Source: Monocercomonoides exilis PA203
Lineage: Eukaryota > Protista > Preaxostyla
Assembly (NCBI GenBank): GCA_001643675.2
Contig: LSRY02000010.1
Location: 310,001 to 374,000 of the forward strand
DNA length: 64,000 bases
Direction: 5' to 3'
Positions 11,652 to 24,000 of this stretch are shown here, one piece after another. A program made the translations under genes and the position numbers. The notes beneath the pieces were generated by a model. The model was given only the letters and a program-made list of their open reading frames with translations. It made no database searches and was not told the DNA's origin. Within the stretch, counting starts at the first letter, position 1. Every line of letters starts with the position of its first letter.

Positions 11652-12655
11652 CAGCATCAATATTGAGAAATCAAAATAGTGAAAAAGACACATGGAGAGC
11701 GCTTCGAAGATTCAAACAATTCCTTGATAGAGAGAGCATGGACGAAACCGACCCCCTCACATCCAGAGACGCTAAATGGATTATGGAAGAGTTCACTGAA
11801 ACTCTCTAGAATGCGTACCTTTCAAGTGGAGTGATTTATCAGACAGTTGGGAAAGTGCTGGATTCTATAAAACCATTCAGAGAGATTAAGATTGAAGGGA
11901 AAGACATTGAGATAATTATAAAGACTTATTTGGTTGAGAAGCCGAGAAAGGTCAAATGGTACAAGACAAGGTGGGACTTGACAATCATCACGTTATGGGC
12001 TGAAACAACCTACGATGCAAAGGATATACGAACACTTTAGAGGAGAGCCCTCATCCTCACTATGATCTTTGGAGCTTTAAGGCCAGCAGAGCTGGAAAGA
12101 ATGAGAAGAGAGACAACGATATTCAAAGATAACTCTATCCAGACACAAGTACGAACCAAGACGTCGGGAGGTGAGGTTATCAAAGTTACAGTACGGAAAC
12201 ATAACAATCCACGTATCGATGCAGTGGAAGCGCTTCAAAGCTGGATGGACTTTATTAAGACGACCTTCAAAGATGAACATGTGTGGTTTGACATAGAATA
12301 GAGCTAGCCTGTGAACTTGCAGAAAATTAAGGAAGAGTTAACGGCTATTCTTAGAGAGAACGGAATACCCGAAACTTTCACGGCGTACACAATAAGTCAC
12401 GCAGTGATTGCACTCTTAGCAAGACAAGAAGGAGCGGACTGGAAGGCTATCAATGCTCATGCGAGATGGGCGCCAGGTTCGAGAGTTGCCCAGGAATATT
12501 ATTCCGTTTTTCCGGTGCAAGACACAAATTGGATTCTGGAGACAATCGGGGGGCCAGCGCACCAGAGGGGAGAAGATAACAAGCCAGATAAGAGTGGAGA
12601 ATCGAAGGATAGGATGCTCGAAATAGCAGATGCAGATTCGAAAGATCGCACCTAG
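11590..12655 (+). pseudogene. Tyrosine recombinase remnant of DIRS #2
   Basis: FGALRPAEL (catalytic R), RTKT (K), TISHA (H-x-x-R box degenerate), HARWAPGS...YY (W/Y); several in-frame TAG stops. Confidence 0.82.
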
Positions 12656-13101
12656 GTATAACCAAAAGCGGGATTTGAAGAAGTGAAAAAACTTACGAGA
12701 AAGCGATCAAAAGGAAGAAAGAGTCTTCTGAGGGATGAAGGAAAGAAAAGGGAGACGGTTCAATTTCGAGGCTCTTCACAACGAAAACCGAGTCGCCAGA
12801 AGACACCATCCATAATCCCCAGCAGCGTCTGTGAGCTAACTGGAGAGAAGGACACAACTCCACTGAAAAAGAGAGGCAAAGATCGGAAGAAGCGTGGCGG
12901 AAGAAGTGAAGGTCAGATGGGGAACGAAACTGAAGATGAAGGGGCCAGACCGGTGTCTCCTTAAAAATATCCCGAGAGAGGGAGGGTGTAGAGCAGGAGT
13001 ACCGCACCATCACCCGTACGCTCTCAACTCATCCGCCGCGCTGGATTGTGTAAGGAAAAAGGGCTTAAGATCACGTGAACTGAGATAGAAGGGATTTCGA
13101 G

Positions 13102-13202
13102 ACTCATTATCGAGGAGCAAACCTGCTCCTTGCGTTTGTTGATTCGCTCTATTGTGCACTAATAAAAACGCAGTGAGACAGGTTTGCTCCGAGATAATAG
13201 TA
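13102..13202 (+). repeat. Internal complementary region (ICR) of DIRS #2
   Basis: 13102-13154 is the reverse complement of 7826-7878 (1 mismatch); 13160-13195 is the reverse complement of ~13820-13855. Confidence 0.9.
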
Positions 13203-14225
13203 ATGCGGATGGAGAGACGATACGCGGCTGGGTGCGAGGGGAAGCCATAAGTGTGTGGTGAGATGACAAGGAAAAAAAATGGCAAGACAGAGAAATAAAG
13301 ACAAGAGATTGATCGCCCAGGAAAACCATTGTGCACCCTTGAACGATACAGATACACAGGGACGAAGAAAGAGCTCATATCAAGAACCGATTTCAGAAAG
13401 TGTTCATAAATGATTTGTACGGAATGTAACTAAACCCTCAATTGAAAGCGTGTGATGACCAGACATTCTTGGCTGATGCAACAGAGAAGAGGGAGGCCGA
13501 GCATCACAGGCAGTTTTCTTTTCCACGCCTCGTGAAAGTGAAAGTGGTTTTTCTTTCTACTCCGATCAGAATACTCGCCTCACCGGATCCCTACACGGAC
13601 TGCAGGAGAGTGCTCAGAGGTGCAAAGTCCCCTGCCCTCTGGTCTTCGTGACCAAGAGAAAAAGGCGAAGTCGGTGGTGAAATGAAGCGGACGATGCATT
13701 ATCTTGTTGAACAACTATTAATGTTATTGTTTGATTTCATCTCGCACTTTTTTCCACGTCATTTTGGAGAGGGCGAAGTTTTTCACTCAAACCACCCACA
13801 TTTTCAATCAATACTCATAATCTCGGAGAAAACCTGTCTCACTGCGTTTTTATTAATTTTTCAACAACCAACTATTATTTTGAATTGTTGCTTGAATATA
13901 GAAAAAGTCAATAATCAGAATTAAAGATTAAATAATATTTCGTAATCTTTGATAGGATGACGGGCTAGCTCCTCTATCTCTGATCAGTGCCTCCACCGAG
14001 GAGATTTGGAAATAGCAACCTGGTTCATTAAGTCAGAAAAAAAATTGAATAATTGTATTTTTTATGACATTTCAAAATATTATTTTTTTTAAAATGAAAA
14101 ATGATCACAACAATATTCTTTTTCACAAGAGTGTTGTGGAAAATAAAAAGCAGCAAAGACTCAAGAAAAACAAAAGTTGAATGAGAGTATTTGAAAACAG
14201 TTGAATTGAAAGTCGATAAAAACGC

Positions 14226-15420
14226 ATGTACTCAATCCAAGCCAATGGAAAAGCTCAGGTTGCTGATTCCACAAACATGAATGATTTTTCTCACTCGGTC
14301 ATTGACAGAGCAGTTGCATCTGTGAAAAATGGTTGGAAGGCAGGGGGAAATGGAAAACAAGTGGAAATAAAGCAGGAAGAAAAGAAAGCTTTATTTGGAG
14401 TGCAAAAAATAGAATGTGAAAGTGTGACAAGAAACAATGCTGCGCAAATGAGAAAATAAGTTCGTTTCTATTTTTGGATGTTTATTTTTCTCTTTTCTTA
14501 TATTAAGATGAACACTATTCGAAAATCATAGGAAAAAAAGATGACTTCTATGAAGACGAAGAAGTCAATGTTTCAAAATCCTATCCCTTTCAATTCAACA
14601 AAATGAACACCGAGCATTAGGCTTTCCATCCTCAAAATGTTGATATCCAAAGGCTCTCTGCATCAAATCAGCAAACTCTCCTTCCGTTTCACACTCTTCT
14701 TAAAAACCTTCATGATCAACATCATAATTCTAACTCTCTCATCTTTAATATTGATAAATCTTCTCTTCGACTCTCTGATTCTTTCTCGACTCTTTTTTTC
14801 CATCCTTCAGACATGTCAGCTGGTATCTCCAAAACACCAATGAATATGCCGAATGCAACTCTCGTCGTTGCAGCATCAGCTGATGGCCGCTTTCTTAAAA
14901 GCGTCGTTCTGTGGCCTTGCAGGAAACTGCCGGATGAACTTCGACTTGTTTTGAGTTCGAAGTTGGATGTTTGCAACGAAAATGAAGGCTGGATGACTGA
15001 AGCTCTTTTCTTCAAATATGCTGAAGAAGTGTTGCTCCCAGGAATCAAACAAAAAAGAGAAACTTTGAAGGAAACAGCAGAACGGTGCCTTCTCCTTCTT
15101 GATTTCCATTCTTCGAGAGCACAGCATGACTTATGGAAGAAGTATGCTGATTCCGCTGTGGATGTCGTATTTTTCTTGCCCCATACCACTCACATCACAT
15201 TGCTTAGCCTTATAATCGTGGCGTTTTTGCAGTATAATAAAAGACAATTAATGCTTTTTATGAAGCATCTTCTTCTTCTGTAATTTTTCGATGAGAAGCA
15301 CTAGCTGATGTGCCTCCACAAGCTTTGCAAACTTCTTTGTCACCTTCAACAATCAAATCAACATTTGCGAAGAGCTGAGTACTGTGACATCAGTGGCATG
15401 AAGTGCTAGCAAAGCTTCCA
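14226..15420 (+). pseudogene. pogo/Tigger-like DDE_1 transposase remnant
   Basis: TLVVAASADG, NENEGWMT, CLLLLDFHSSR, FLPHTTHI motifs; an upstream HTH-like fragment; frames broken. Confidence 0.75.
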
Positions 15421-15960
15421 AAAATTCATTCCGCCACTCTGAATAAAAAAACAAAAAGGTTTGGTTATTTTGAAAAATTAATCACTGATGAAGAGTTTTA
15501 TATTGAATAAAAAAAAAGGATAAAAGAAAAGATTCAAAAATGATGAAATAGAGAATGAAGAATCAGAAAAGGCTTGAATGAAGATGAAAAACCGAAAAAA
15601 AGTAAATTTAACTCATTTGCAATTTGAAATGTTGATTATTCTGATGATGAAAAAAAGAAAGAAATACTCGAAAAATTGTAAAACAAGAGCTTGATGATTA
15701 TATATATAATAAATATTTTTTTAAAACACGAAATCAATGCACATTCTACAAAAATACTGTATTCATTTTTCATTATCGAGTTTTCAAAAAAATATTCAGG
15801 TTGTCAAAGCACACTGTCAGTTATTTGACAATATTAAATATTTGAATCACACACCAAATAAGTCAGTGCACAATAAACGACAGTCAACAATTTTCTGTGT
15901 GGATGATTATAACAACATTATAAACTGTTTTATATGGTTTGCTTGAATTTTTTTTTGTTC

Positions 15961-17357
15961 GGAAACTTTTTTATTGGACCCATGAACTTTAAAAATTTTT
16001 TACTCAAAATATGGGATCGATCAAAATTTTAAATCAAAATATTAATTTTGCAATTTTTTCTGAATGCAAATTGAGGATCGCAAATCTAAAATTGGCTTTT
16101 TCAACGAATTATTTCATAACGCAAATGATTCTGGGAATGGATCAGAAATGAAGTGTTGAGTCAAAGATTCAAAGAATGCAGAAATTGCCATAAGGAAATG
16201 GTTCTCTATGAACGAAATCCAAATTTCAGGCAATGGATGTGCAACATGTGCAATAAAACGATAAGCCCTCTGTCAAATCTTTCAATAGAAAATCAAAAAA
16301 TAATAATTGGAAAATTAATGCACATTTTCATTTTCAAATGGATTAAGCTTTTAATCATGCAAACTTCTTCACTTCTTGGTGTGCATAGAAACACAGTTGG
16401 TTTTTTCTATTCCCTTGCAGCAGCAGCAATGGCATAGAGCGCAGCATCATCGTTTCAGTCAATTGGAGACGAAAATACAATTGTTGAATTTGATGAAGCA
16501 ATTTTGAACAGAAGAAAATATCATAAAGGCAGATGGAAGAATCAGATCTGGCTTTTTGGAGATGCTCAAAGAACTCGGGACGGGAAACAAGGGAGCTTTT
16601 TTATAATCAAAGTCACTGATAAAAAAATAAGACACTAAACTGCCAATCATTCAAGCAAACATCTTCCAATGAACTGTGATTCACAGTGATGAATGGAGAG
16701 CGTTCTCATCTTTCAGTGATAAAGGTCAAAACCACAAAACAGTCTGCCATAATTATCATTTCAAAGACCCAGAAAGCGAAATATGCACTAACATGATTGA
16801 GGGACTTTGGATTCAATTTCGAAGAGATTTGCCTCGTACTGGGCTGAAAGAAAATTTCATTGACGATTATATTTCTTCTGTTGTGCTTCAAAAAAGAAAA
16901 TAATTGTCATTCGTTGACACTTTTAAGGAAATTTTCCAATAAAAAGTGGAAGAACATGTTGAAGAAGAAAAGAAAGACCTCGAAAAAGATGATGACAAAG
17001 AGGATGTGCCAGTTTTTGCTGAACAAAACGAAGAAATTACAGAGGATTCAATGGAAGTTAGCGATGGAGCGGAGCATTCTGAATATGAACCCGAATAAAA
17101 AACAGTCGCACAGCTTAAATCATATTTATGAAAATATGTTTGTTTTCATATCAATCTCAAATAAAAAAAAAATTTGAAAATTTGATAGAAATATTTTAAA
17201 TTTTTTGTAAAAAAAAAAAATAATTTTTCTAAAATTACAATAATTTTCCGTATTTCCGCAAATAGTTGAAAGAAAAAAACATATGTGCACAACATGTTAT
17301 CATCATAGCTTCAACATACGTTAATATTATTCATGGTCGTATATTATGCATTAACCC
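15961..17357 (+). mobile_element. Merlin (IS1595/ISXO2-like) DNA transposon, decayed; boundaries approximate
   Basis: CRNC...CNMC zinc ribbon, IGDENTIVEFDE, RRKYHKGR, IHSDEWRAF, CTNMIEGLW, acidic tail; stops and frameshifts. Confidence 0.8.
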
Positions 17358-17555
17358 AAAAATTCCCAAAAAAAAATTTTTTTTAAAAAAATAAATCTGT
17401 AAATTTAACAATGGAAATATTATAAAAATTGAAGAAATTGCAATCCATATGTCACACAAATAGGAACATAAACATTAAAATAAGAATGATAGAAAGAGAT
17501 GAAATTATTTATTGCAACAGAAAAATCAAAAAATTGAGCCTTAATGTGGTTTTGA

Positions 17556-20500
17556 TTAACCGATTGGTGGGAGTGAAATTCTGTTCGGATGTAGAGCGTG
17601 CCGTTCATCTTGTATTTGACTTGAATAATTTGAAGAGATTGAACTTTGGTCCTTTGCATCTGGACTTGCTTGAATCTGTTCTCGACAATGTTTAGAATGA
17701 GCCGACGATGCAGCTACAATGTTATGATCAGGGTTTCGTTTAGCTTTCTGCTTGATTCTTTCAGAAGGTAATATTCGATGTGCAGAATTGGAGAAAAGTG
17801 AAGAATTCAAAGTAAAAGAATTTGGAGGATCTGGTTTTTCTTCAAAAGAAGTAGAAGATAAACCAGAAATCGCAGAATCGGCTTTCAATTGCTTCGCATA
17901 AGCCCTGCAATGAGTAATAGAAATGTGAGTTTTTTCTGAATGAGAAGAAGAACAAAGAGATGGCAGCACAACTGAATTCTGATGGTAATTCGTCTGTGCA
18001 GAAAAAATCTTAAAAGCTTCGTCAGTCAAGGGATACAGCACTGAACGTTCTCTGGCAAGACCTGCTGTTGTCTTTTTTTTACAGCTTTTCTTTTTCTCGC
18101 AATGAAAATGGTCAACTGAAATTCCTTCAGAAAGCGACTGTCCAACCTGAGGGTGTGGGTGATGTTGGTGAGGTGAAGGGCTAAATGGTGCAAATGTTGT
18201 GCTGCAGTGTTCAGAATGAGTTTTTTCAGAAAGCAAATGTGTTGTATTAAAACTGTGATGCTTCAAATTAAGTCCGTATGGACGAGGCTGTGGTGTTTTC
18301 GATGAATATTTTATCCTTTTAAGACGATGTGATTGAAAAGGTGTCAGAGGCAAAGAAAAGCTCAAAGATAGAGGCCTCTTTATAGTATCAGTCGTGCTAT
18401 CTTTGGTGCTTGTGAAGCAAGAGTTCTGAGCGTGATGTTGATCAGCGTTGCAATCTGGTGACGGTGAAATGTTCTTACTATGAAACGAACAGTAGAGAGA
18501 AGCAGTTGAAGTGGAAGTAGGTGGCTGTGGTGAAATGGTTGTTCCTCCGCCCTTCGCGAAGGAGACTGGTGGAAGAAAGACTGCTGTCGAGGTTGGGCTG
18601 GGTGTTGAACAGTGACTATGCGTATGAAATGGTGGATAGTAGTGATATGGTTTTGACTCAGAGTTCTGAGGCGACAAGCAAGATGAAAAGGAAGCTGAAG
18701 ATGAAGTTGCGGATGAAGCGGGCAAAAATGAATGTGAAGTCGGAGTGGATTGCCCAAAACATGTAGAAAGAGTGTTATGTGTCTTGGAAGAAGGCGAACT
18801 GAGGAAAAGAGCGGAGCACAGATCAGTTGAAAGCGAAGGAGGGAACAAGAAATCAGAATTGCCCCTACAGCTATTAAGCGCTTGCTTTCTCTGCGAAGAG
18901 AAAGACTTCGCAGGAGAATTCGAAGAAGCGTACGGGATAGGTGGTGAAAGTGAGTTGCGAGCAGGTGTGTGAGTGCGCTTTGCTTCAATCAAGCTGTTGA
19001 AGGCTGATGCGAGTCGTTCGGAACTTTCGCAATTAGTTGCTGACGTTGGTAAGACTGTGGAAGGTGTTGGAGGTGTTTGAGGTGTTTGAGGTGTTTGAGG
19101 CTCAACAGAAGAACTATTGTCATTCACAGAAATAGATGGGGAAAGAGTTGAAGAAGAAAGACATGCAAAAGTATCTGAAGAGGTGATTGTATAATCTTCT
19201 TTACCAAATGAAGAATCTGGAGTTGGTAATGAAAGAGGTGCAACAGTTTCACTGAACAAAGCCTTGAGGCTATTCATTGCAATGGGGGTGGATGCATATG
19301 TTGGTGAGCTGTCAACTGCATTGCAAGGTGGAGTCTGTATCACTGAAGTGAATTCAGGTGAAGCGAAAGACGGGCAAAGATCAGATGTGAGGGGAAGGTG
19401 TTGGTCTGGCGGTGAAAGTTCCGCAGATGCCTCTTTGCACAAAGAATTTGACATCTCAGGAAACGTGTTTAGGAAATCAGAAGAAGGAGAGCAAAGAATT
19501 TGATTTGGCTGGAAAAGGTCCATTTCTTTTGATTGAAGTAACTTTTGCCTTTCTGGTGAATTGTCAGCTGAAGGCAAATCTCTTTGTTCTCGAATCCTCA
19601 ATTTGGCTGCAAGTTCGTGACTTGCTGATATTAAGAGTGAATTTTGAAATTCTTGATTCGATTTCATATCGCTGTCTCCATTTTCGCTTTGGAAAGAATC
19701 GCTGTCCATCTTCAAAGCATTTTCGTTCTCTTTTTCCTCGTTCATGCCCTCCTTGCAACAATCGAGCTTTAATTTCACCTTTGATTTTCGAGAATTGCTT
19801 CTTTTTAGCAGTGCCCCTTTTCCTTTCATTTTTTGCAATCCGACAAATACAACTTTTCGTTGATTTTCTCTTCTCTGCCTGTTTAACTCTTCTTCCTTGC
19901 GCTTTTGCATGGTTGCTACTGTGTGCGCTGGTAGCATCGGCTGAGACTGTAATCTAACAAAAGGATTGTTTTGCAACGAGAGTATGTTTCTTGCACCAAA
20001 GGAAGTAATATGTCCAAATTGAATTGAAGGATAAAGCGTGGATTGTGGCAGGATTCTCTGAAGGTTTGCTTGCAATAAAAGCTGATCAACAATTTTTGTA
20101 GGCATTCCTTTTGATCTCCCTGTCGAGGATTCATTTTCGCAATCACATATTGAGCTTCTTTCAAGCTTGCTTTCCGTTTCTTTCAGTTCATTTTCTCTTT
20201 TTGCTTTTTCTCTTGCTTCCTTTTGTTGAGATAGTCTCAATTCTTCGCTTCTCTTAAGATCCATTCCAAGAACATTTTGTATGAACGGGGAAGGGATCAT
20301 TGTTTCAAATGAGCTTCCAAAAAAATTCAAAGATGAATCAGATTTAACTTGATCGTTTTTAGTTTCAGAAGAAATATCAGAAGTTTCTTTTTTCGACTTA
20401 TTTATCGAGAATGTAAAGGTAATTTCAATTCACATTAGTTTAATATAATTGCATTTACAAAAGTAAAAATCATAAAAGAACATACTGATAAATCTGATTC

Positions 20501-20611
20501 ATCAACAGGATTCGATTCATGAACCTGCTTTCGATTAGATGATGACAATAAAAATATCTTCCTTTGAGGTAAGCATTTAGTTGGAGTTCTGTAATTTGAC
20601 GTCTCTGTCAT
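17556..20611 (-). CDS. Hypothetical Ser/Pro-rich protein, 2 exons (intron 20397-20485)
   Basis: Long ORF; upstream ATG at 20611 joined in frame by a GT-AG intron; no recognisable domain. Confidence 0.7.
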
Positions 20612-21074
20612 TGCAAAATATTAAATATTTATCTCATTAATTTTTGTTATGGTTGTTAATAAAATTATCCTTCAATCGATAAAATTTCTGACAAATATTT
20701 CACATACGCATTCTTCTATAATAAAAATTAATCAAATGAATTGTTCATCTCTATTTTATGTTTTGTACTTGAAAAATTGTTTTAAATTTTGTAAAAACTG
20801 AAAGATCTTTTGAAAATGTAATAAAAAGAAACAAAATTAAACAGAAAATAGATTTACAAAAAAAGAAACAATATGTGCATTTAGCTGCACAAAGTTATTG
20901 AAACTTATTTTAAAATATTCAATAAAAAATCAAATAGAAAAAAAAATAGCAAAAGTCAGCAAAACTGATTCTCTTTGCAATCAGCAATAAAAAAAGAAAA
21001 ACAAGCAAATATGAAATAGCAACTCAAACTAACAGTAAAGTCATTTCATGTCAATTTTTTGACATTAGCAGCAT

Positions 21075-24000
21075 TTATTGCTTTGGAGAAAGAGAGCACG
21101 AAGAAGACGAATGGGAAGAGCGATCGAGGGAGCCAGAGGAGACAGAGCGGGTAAAGCGAAAGGAAGATGAAGAAGAAAATAAAGAAGAGGAAGAGGAGGA
21201 AGAAGAAGAAGAAGAAGAAGAAGAAGAAGAAGAAGAAGAAGAAGAAGAAAGAGGAATATTCGAATGAAATGGAGCAGTCTGTGGTTGGCTGTTGATTGTT
21301 GATCCGAAGGGGAATGTGGGAACTGATGTGGAGAGGAATGAAAGAGAGGCAGGAGAAGGAGAGAGAGGAGGAGGAGAGCGAGGGGGAAAGAGAGGGAAGG
21401 GGACTAAAGGAAAGAATGAGGGGTTGGCAGAATCATAAGGAGAATGCTCAGTGTGTGGGAGAGAGAAGTCTGAATGAGCACAATGTGAAGAAGATGAACG
21501 AGAGGAATCAACAGCTTGTTCAGATGGTATCATCTGCAGTGACTGTAATGCCTGAACTGATTGAATAGAATGAACAGAATGAACAGAATGAACAGATTGC
21601 ATTGATTGTTGAGGAGATGAAGGCACAACAGGAGGGGAAGAAGGCAGATTGGAAGGAGAAGGAGAAGGTGGTGTGTCTGTTTCTGTGTCTGTGTCTGTGT
21701 CTGTGTCAGGAAGAGGCTGGTGACGAAGCTGAGGAATCATCGAAGAGGCAGAAGGAGAGTTGGAGAAGACAGTGGAGGCGATGTGATAGAGAGAAGAAGA
21801 GGTAGATAAGAGAGAAGGAGAGTTGTGGGGGGAGGAGGAGGAGAGGGAGGAAGAGGAGTCTGATGAAGAAGAAGATGTGGAAGAAGTGGAAGAAGAGGAG
21901 GAAGGAGAGGGAGAATAAGAAGAAGTCGATGATGATGAAGAAGTCGATGATGAAGAGGAAGAAGAAGAAGAAGAAGCATTTAATGACACAAAAGACGAAG
22001 ACGACAGAGGATTCGGCGGAGGAGATGCGACAAACGAGCAGCGAGGCGAGAGGAGTTCAGCAGCAGCGGAAGTGGAAGAAGCATCGTGGTCAGCCAACGA
22101 ATTGCTCTCCATTGCCAATTCAGCGTCTTCAAACAGATCAGATTCGTCTCCTGAGGAAGAAGAACCGAAGATGCTGTGGTTGGATGCGCGAGGCATAAGA
22201 GAAGGCATCGAAGAGAGCGAAGAGAAGGAGGCAGCAGCAAGGCAGGGTGGAGAATAACACTGGGAAGATGAGGAAGGGGAATAGGACGAGGATGATGTGG
22301 CAGAGGAAGACAAGGAAGACAAGAAAGAGGAGGAAGAGAAGGAAGAGGAAGACGAAGAAGAAGAAGAAGAAGAAGTGCTTGAAGGAGTATGAACAGATGT
22401 GTCAATTATAACAGAAGTAGAAGCAGAAGAATAGCCAGAATGATTCTGAGGCAGCAGATTCAGCTCAGAATTCGATGCCTCCTGAACATTCATCGACACC
22501 TCATTCTCTGTCTTGTGGTGCATATGGTGTGTTTCTGACAGTTCTGACAGGCTGTTCAATGGATGAAACAGATTGTTGTGGCGCTTTCGCGACAAGTGAT
22601 TGAAGCTGTGGGCACTTGTGAATGGAAGTGTTGAGAAAGAGTTGAGAGAAAGAGGAGGAGGAGGAGGAGTGGAAGAATGGTCCATCTTGGCAGAATGGTT
22701 GAATGTGTTCATATGTGGCTGGTTGATCGCAGAACGAGAGTACGTTGATGATGGTGAAAGCGACAGAGAAGAAGAGAAAGACGATGTTATTGTCGATAAT
22801 GTCATAGAATTCTGCTCTTTCTGTTCTCTTTGCTTTTTCAGCAGGTTCTTCTGCTGCTTTGTCAGCGCATTCGCCTCTGTCGTCGCCTCGTCTGTATTTC
22901 TCCGGTGCATGTGCGGAATTTCTCCGGTTTTTCCTGTCATTTCGTGGTCTGCCTTCAGCGATTCAAAGGCGAGTGAGTGTTCGATTGGCTTTCTGCCAAA
23001 ATGAGAAGAGAAGGGAGAGTATGTTGGGGAAGGAGATGGAGGGGAGGGGGTGGGGGAAGGAGAGAAGGAAAGTGTTGGGTAGGAAGAAGAAAGACATGAG
23101 AATGACAGAGAAGATAAGCCATTGCCCAGATTTGCTGATGATGATGTTGATGAGCCTGCTCCTATTCCTGTTCCTGCTCCAACAACTGATGTTGATACAC
23201 CACCACTTCCTCCTCCTCCTCCTCCTCCTCCACCAATAACAACAACAGAAACATCAGATGCTCCTTCATTCACCAACAAGTTCGCTTTCACCCTGTCATT
23301 TCTATCAACATCACCACCATCATTCATATCATCTCCTTCATTGCCATCATTACCATCTTCCTCACCTCCTTCTCTCAATTCCTGTGAAGAGCCCACCAGA
23401 AGTGGCAGGGCAGGCACTGTGTTGGAGACAGCCAGTGTTGAGTGGCGAGTGTGCTGCTGCTGCTTCTTCTTCGCATTTTTGTGCCTTTGCAGCTCAAACA
23501 CATCATCGTCGGTGAAATGCCTGACAGAACTGTATTCAAACAATGCATTATTAGAAGCAACATTCTTGCTGGTTTTCATATTTTTGTTGGTTTTGTTGGT
23601 TTTGCTGCTACTTTCGGTGAAATTTGTGTTATTTTCGTGGAATTCGTTCTTTGTGTGAGTGAGTGGATGGAATGTTTGCGCTCTCTGGATGGCTTGTTGT
23701 GCAATGGCAACATGAGATTTTGGTGTGTTGTTGGCAGAAGAAGAATTTGAAGCAGAGGGAGAGAAAGAAAGGGAAGAGCGGATGGAAGAAGAGGAAGAGG
23801 AGAAAGGGACGCGGAGAGAGAGGAAAGGAGAGGAAGAGGAAGGGACGGAAGACGTGGAGGCAGCAGAAGATGTTGTTGTGGTGGTTGAATGAGTGGGCGA
23901 GTGTTCAGGAGAAGACAACATATTCATGTTCGACTTCAACGACTGCGAAAACAGGATTCTTTTGGACGTTTTTACTGAACTCCGTTTTCTCATGTTTTTG

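Larger units (their letters stand above)
7816..13858 (+). mobile_element. DIRS-type retrotransposon #2, full length but decayed
   Basis: Imperfect inverted termini (~7843-7919 vs 13772-13849), internal complementary region 13102-13202, TATTAATT at both ends, and gag/pol/YR remnants. Confidence 0.9.

Noticed and set aside
13481-13490. ACAGAGAAGA resembling the U6 snRNA box or a hairpin-ribozyme strand
   Set aside because: No U6 ISL/AGC context, and the hairpin-ribozyme helices do not pair properly.
13623-13633. AAAGTCCCC resembling RNase MRP CR-I
   Set aside because: Lies inside a retroelement with no convincing P4 partner.
15961-17357. TIR/TSD for the first Merlin copy
   Set aside because: Only weak end similarity and no matching TSD; boundaries left approximate.
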